A DNA stretch of 1,830 nt from Naegleria gruberi. Its lineage: Eukaryota. Of this stretch, positions 1 through 1,830 are shown piece after piece. The DNA lies in the NCBI GenBank assembly GCA_000004985.1, contig GG739321.1; one strand, written 5' to 3'. A program made the translations under genes and the position numbers. Position 1 is the first letter of the stretch, and the number at the start of each line of letters is the position of its first letter. The notes beneath the pieces are model-generated. The model saw only the letters and a list, made by a program, of their open reading frames with translations. It was not told the DNA's origin and did not search any database.

Positions 1-982
1 CTAGCAACCGTTGTTTTGGCAGTCCTGGTGGTCCTCTGAAGGCCATAGCCAAAAAATTGTCTCTTGTTTCTTTTGTTACTTCTCCATACTTAGTCAAGTC
101 ATAAACAACAGGGTTGACAATTGAGTTAATTAATTGATCTTTCACATTAGCCATATTAACCAAATTTCTATCTATTTCTTCACTTAATTCAATCTTCAAA
201 GATTTAGCCATTTTCTTTCGTTTATCTCTCTTCTCTTTAACTAACTCCTCTGGATTAGTCTTTTGTAAATACTCTTCGTACAATTCTTTCAAATTGGGTT
301 CAGGGTCCCCATGTGCCTCAATCCAATCAGGATGAGTCTCTTCAAGATCATCATTCATATTAAACCGATCACAAAAGTATTTTCTACACTTTACCCAAGC
401 TCTTTTAAGCTTAGTTTCGTAAAGAGGGTCAATTGTTTCATTCTTCAAACCCGACCATGAAGGATAATAGGTCGCTAAAAACTTATCCCTACGCAAGTAT
501 TCGGTTTGGAGTTTCGTTTCAAATCGTTTTTGGCTACATATATCACTGGTACAACAAAATAATGAGGGTGATTTGTTTGCTACAGCCCTAAACCCGTGAA
601 AAGCAGGGAAAATATGGCAAGAACATTCGTGCTTCTCGTGATTTGGATCACTAGAAGTACATTTTGAATTACAAAGTGGACATAACTCTGGGCAGCCAAT
701 AGAGAATTGACGAAGATGTGTTTTCAGATCATTCAAAGCTTTTTCACTAAAACTTTCCAAAGTCATATCAGTTATGTCTTTTCTATATTGTACAATGATA
801 TACTCAATTAACTGTTCAGAAAATACTTTTGGATCACATATTTTGATTTGATCATGGATTATTTCTTTTGGAAATAATGATTGAATATCGAAATGTGGAT
901 TAAATGGCTTGTTTAGGGTGATGTTCAATTCATTTGAAAGTTGAGTATGAATTTTTTCAAATCTTTCCTTTTCTCCACTCAT
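1..982 (-). CDS. Hypothetical Cys/His-rich protein, N-terminal 327 residues (MSGEKERFEKIHTQLSNELN…GPPGLPKQRLL). The 3' end is off-window (partial). Contains a putative zinc-binding module and a basic K/R-rich segment.
   Basis: Not in the supplied ORF track because there is no stop in the window. I checked all plus-strand triplets beginning at positions ≡2 mod 3 from 2 to 982 and none is TTA/CTA/TCA, so there is no minus-strand stop. ATG at 982..980 is the first start codon after an in-frame upstream stop (TAA at 1048..1046); no ATG/GTG/TTG lies between them. Cys/His pattern at residues 97-149: C97-x3-C101-x2-C104-x3-C108, H115, H118, C120, C122, H123, H129, C143, C144, C149. Confidence 0.85.
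   Translation of the reverse strand, partial: MSGEKERFEKIHTQLSNELNITLNKPFNPHFDIQSLFPKEIIHDQIKICDPKVFSEQLIEYIIVQYRKDITDMTLESFSEKALNDLKTHLRQFSIGCPELCPLCNSKCTSSDPNHEKHECSCHIFPAFHGFRAVANKSPSLFCCTSDICSQKRFETKLQTEYLRRDKFLATYYPSWSGLKNETIDPLYETKLKRAWVKCRKYFCDRFNMNDDLEETHPDWIEAHGDPEPNLKELYEEYLQKTNPEELVKEKRDKRKKMAKSLKIELSEEIDRNLVNMANVKDQLINSIVNPVVYDLTKYGEVTKETRDNFLAMAFRGPPGLPKQRLL
197..244 (-). other. Highly charged basic stretch within gene B (residues ~247-262: LVKEKRDKRKKMAKSL), flanked by acidic residues (EEL… …ELSEEIDRN).
   Basis: Seen directly in the translation. It is a low-complexity K/R/E-rich run, compatible with a flexible linker, a nucleic-acid-contacting patch or a coiled-coil segment. 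Confidence 0.4.
371..694 (-). other. Putative zinc-binding Cys/His-rich module within gene B (residues ~97-204: GCPELCPLCNSKCTSSDPNHEKHECSCHIFPAFHGF…LFCCTSDICSQ…CRKYFCDRF).
   Basis: Seen directly in the translated sequence. Ten Cys and five His in about 55 residues with regular C-x2/3-C spacing typical of zinc knuckle, ribbon or treble-clef folds, plus two further Cys (C199, C204) downstream. Confidence 0.5.
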
Positions 983-987
983 ATAGC

Positions 988-1830
988 TTATAAAGTGTTG
1001 GTAGATGAGATGGGGAACAGTTTCTTGCTGTGTAACACCGAAAAGTTAACAAATAGACCTTTCCATTCCTGAATAGAGTCTACAATTCTGTTCTGTAAAA
1101 CTTCTTTTTGTTCTTCGAATCCTTTTTTGTGATATTTCAGTGCATGTATAACTTTCTCTTTAAAGTCGTCTTCGAATATTTCTGTTAGCAAAGCATTTGT
1201 ATTCAAAGCAAATCGAAGAACGTAAGCCCAATTCTTCTCTTCAAAGCTCATTTTAAAGGCTATCTTAGATGTTGTTTCGGGATCCATATATGTTGTCTTA
1301 AGCTTGCATTCTATATCATCAGTAATTTTTGTTACAATCGATGTGTTAATATGTGATTTCACTTTTGAAATAAACCCATTGGCATGTGTTTCGGCCCATC
1401 TTTTGTCAGTTTGTTGGTTTGCTAAAATTATCGTAAAGGTGTTTCTCATATTAATTTTCATTTCTTTCAATTGGTTTAGAGATTGTTCACAACTCTCTAA
1501 GTATTTTCTGTTGCTACACTCTTTCAAATTTACAAGCAACAATGAAAATAATAAATTGATAAATGCTGCTGTGCTATTAATGGTATGTTCAGTTTTCTCG
1601 ATATAGTTATAAATCAAATTATAAACCTCTATACCTTTATCAAATATAGTATCTATGAAATTGCTATCGATATCAAAAGGAAAATTAACAATAAGCTTTC
1701 CAACAACAACTACTTGCTCCCTAATGAAGGGAATATTTAACACTTCCTTTGGTTGGAAAGCATTGTACAAATTGGGAAGCAAATGCCTGCAACCTATTTT
1801 TTTTCTTGGGAACAATTTCAGCAAGCATTT
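988..1830 (-). CDS. Hypothetical protein, C-terminal 278+ residues. The 5' end is off-window (partial), or less likely the protein starts at TTG 1824..1822. No P-loop or other recognisable motif in the visible part.
   Basis: ORF track shows a minus-strand frame open from 1824 to TAA at 990..988. I reverse-complemented the window end (AAA TGC TTG CTG AAA TTG TTC CCA AGA...) and this frame stays open to the window edge at 1830 (K-C-L-L-K-L-F-P-R-K-K...). The first in-frame ATG is far downstream (…KEMKINM…), so the true start is probably beyond 1830. An uninterrupted ORF of >840 nt in ~67% AT DNA is very unlikely by chance. It has the same orientation as the downstream gene and is tightly spaced to it. 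Confidence 0.8.
   Translation of the reverse strand, partial: KCLLKLFPRKKIGCRHLLPNLYNAFQPKEVLNIPFIREQVVVVGKLIVNFPFDIDSNFIDTIFDKGIEVYNLIYNYIEKTEHTINSTAAFINLLFSLLLVNLKECSNRKYLESCEQSLNQLKEMKINMRNTFTIILANQQTDKRWAETHANGFISKVKSHINTSIVTKITDDIECKLKTTYMDPETTSKIAFKMSFEEKNWAYVLRFALNTNALLTEIFEDDFKEKVIHALKYHKKGFEEQKEVLQNRIVDSIQEWKGLFVNFSVLHSKKLFPISSTNTL
1797..1804. repeat. Homopolymer T8 on the + strand (A8 on the coding strand of gene A, codons AGA AAA AAA ATA encoding R-K-K-I).
   Basis: Counted directly: t1797..t1804, flanked by a1796 and c1805. Confidence 0.9.

Noticed and set aside
51-59. AAAAATTGT on the + strand, reminiscent of the AAAATTGA early-promoter motif of mimivirus-like giant viruses.
   Set aside because: It is an imperfect match, lies inside the gene B coding sequence and is on the opposite strand to the genes. 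A single occurrence is not meaningful.
126-133. TTAATTAA (PacI-type 8-bp palindrome). Similar short palindromes occur at GTTAAC 1045-1050 and TATCGATA 1665-1672.
   Set aside because: Short palindromes are expected by chance in AT-rich sequence. They sit inside coding regions with no flanking symmetry extension, so there is no evidence of an operator or structured RNA.
983-1000. TATAAG just upstream of the gene B ATG as a possible -10 element.
   Set aside because: It is only ~6 nt from the start codon with no plausible -35, and it lies within the last codons of gene A. It is more simply explained as coding sequence plus stop codon context.
1304-1606. Plus-strand 100-aa ORF from the supplied track (MHSISSVIFVTIDVLICDF…).
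   Set aside because: It lies entirely antisense within the much longer minus-strand gene A. It has low-complexity hydrophobic composition typical of shadow ORFs in AT-rich coding DNA, and no start context or independent support.
1697-1714. VVVVGK (GTAGTTGTTGTTGGAAAG) in gene A, superficially like a strand leading into a P-loop. On the + strand it is a short (CAA)3 repeat.
   Set aside because: It does not fit Walker A GxxxxGK[ST]; the following residues are LIVNF. The trinucleotide repeat is only three units long.
1822-1824. TTG used by the ORF track as the start of gene A (translated as M).
   Set aside because: The frame remains open upstream to the window edge (…K-C-L-L-K…) with no stop before 1830. 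The TTG is just the first start-like codon in the window and the real start is more likely off-window. Kept only as a less likely alternative.

Overview
The window is AT-rich (roughly one-third GC by eye) and almost entirely coding. Two minus-strand genes sit in tandem, 5 nt apart, and both run off the window edges. The upstream gene (gene A, 988..>1830) is present only as its C-terminal 278+ residues; it ends at TAA (990..988) and I see no recognisable catalytic motif in it. The downstream gene (gene B, 982..<1) is not in the supplied ORF track because it has no stop in the window. I confirmed it by translating every minus-strand triplet from ATG 982..980 down to position 2 without meeting a stop, which gives 327 residues. 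Gene B carries a dense Cys/His cluster (C-x3-C-x2-C-x3-C ... H-x2-H-x-C-x-C-H ... H ... CC-x4-C) that looks like a zinc-binding module, followed by a strongly basic K/R/E-rich segment. I found no Shine-Dalgarno sequence, promoter, terminator, RNA gene, mobile element or CRISPR array that I can support. The plus-strand ORF 1304..1606 is an antisense shadow of gene A. The gene pair is of unknown function and I cannot assign it to a known system from sequence alone. The only weak lead is a from-memory resemblance of the gene B Cys/His block to the conserved C-terminal region of the very-large-inducible-GTPase / URGCP family, which needs a database search to confirm.
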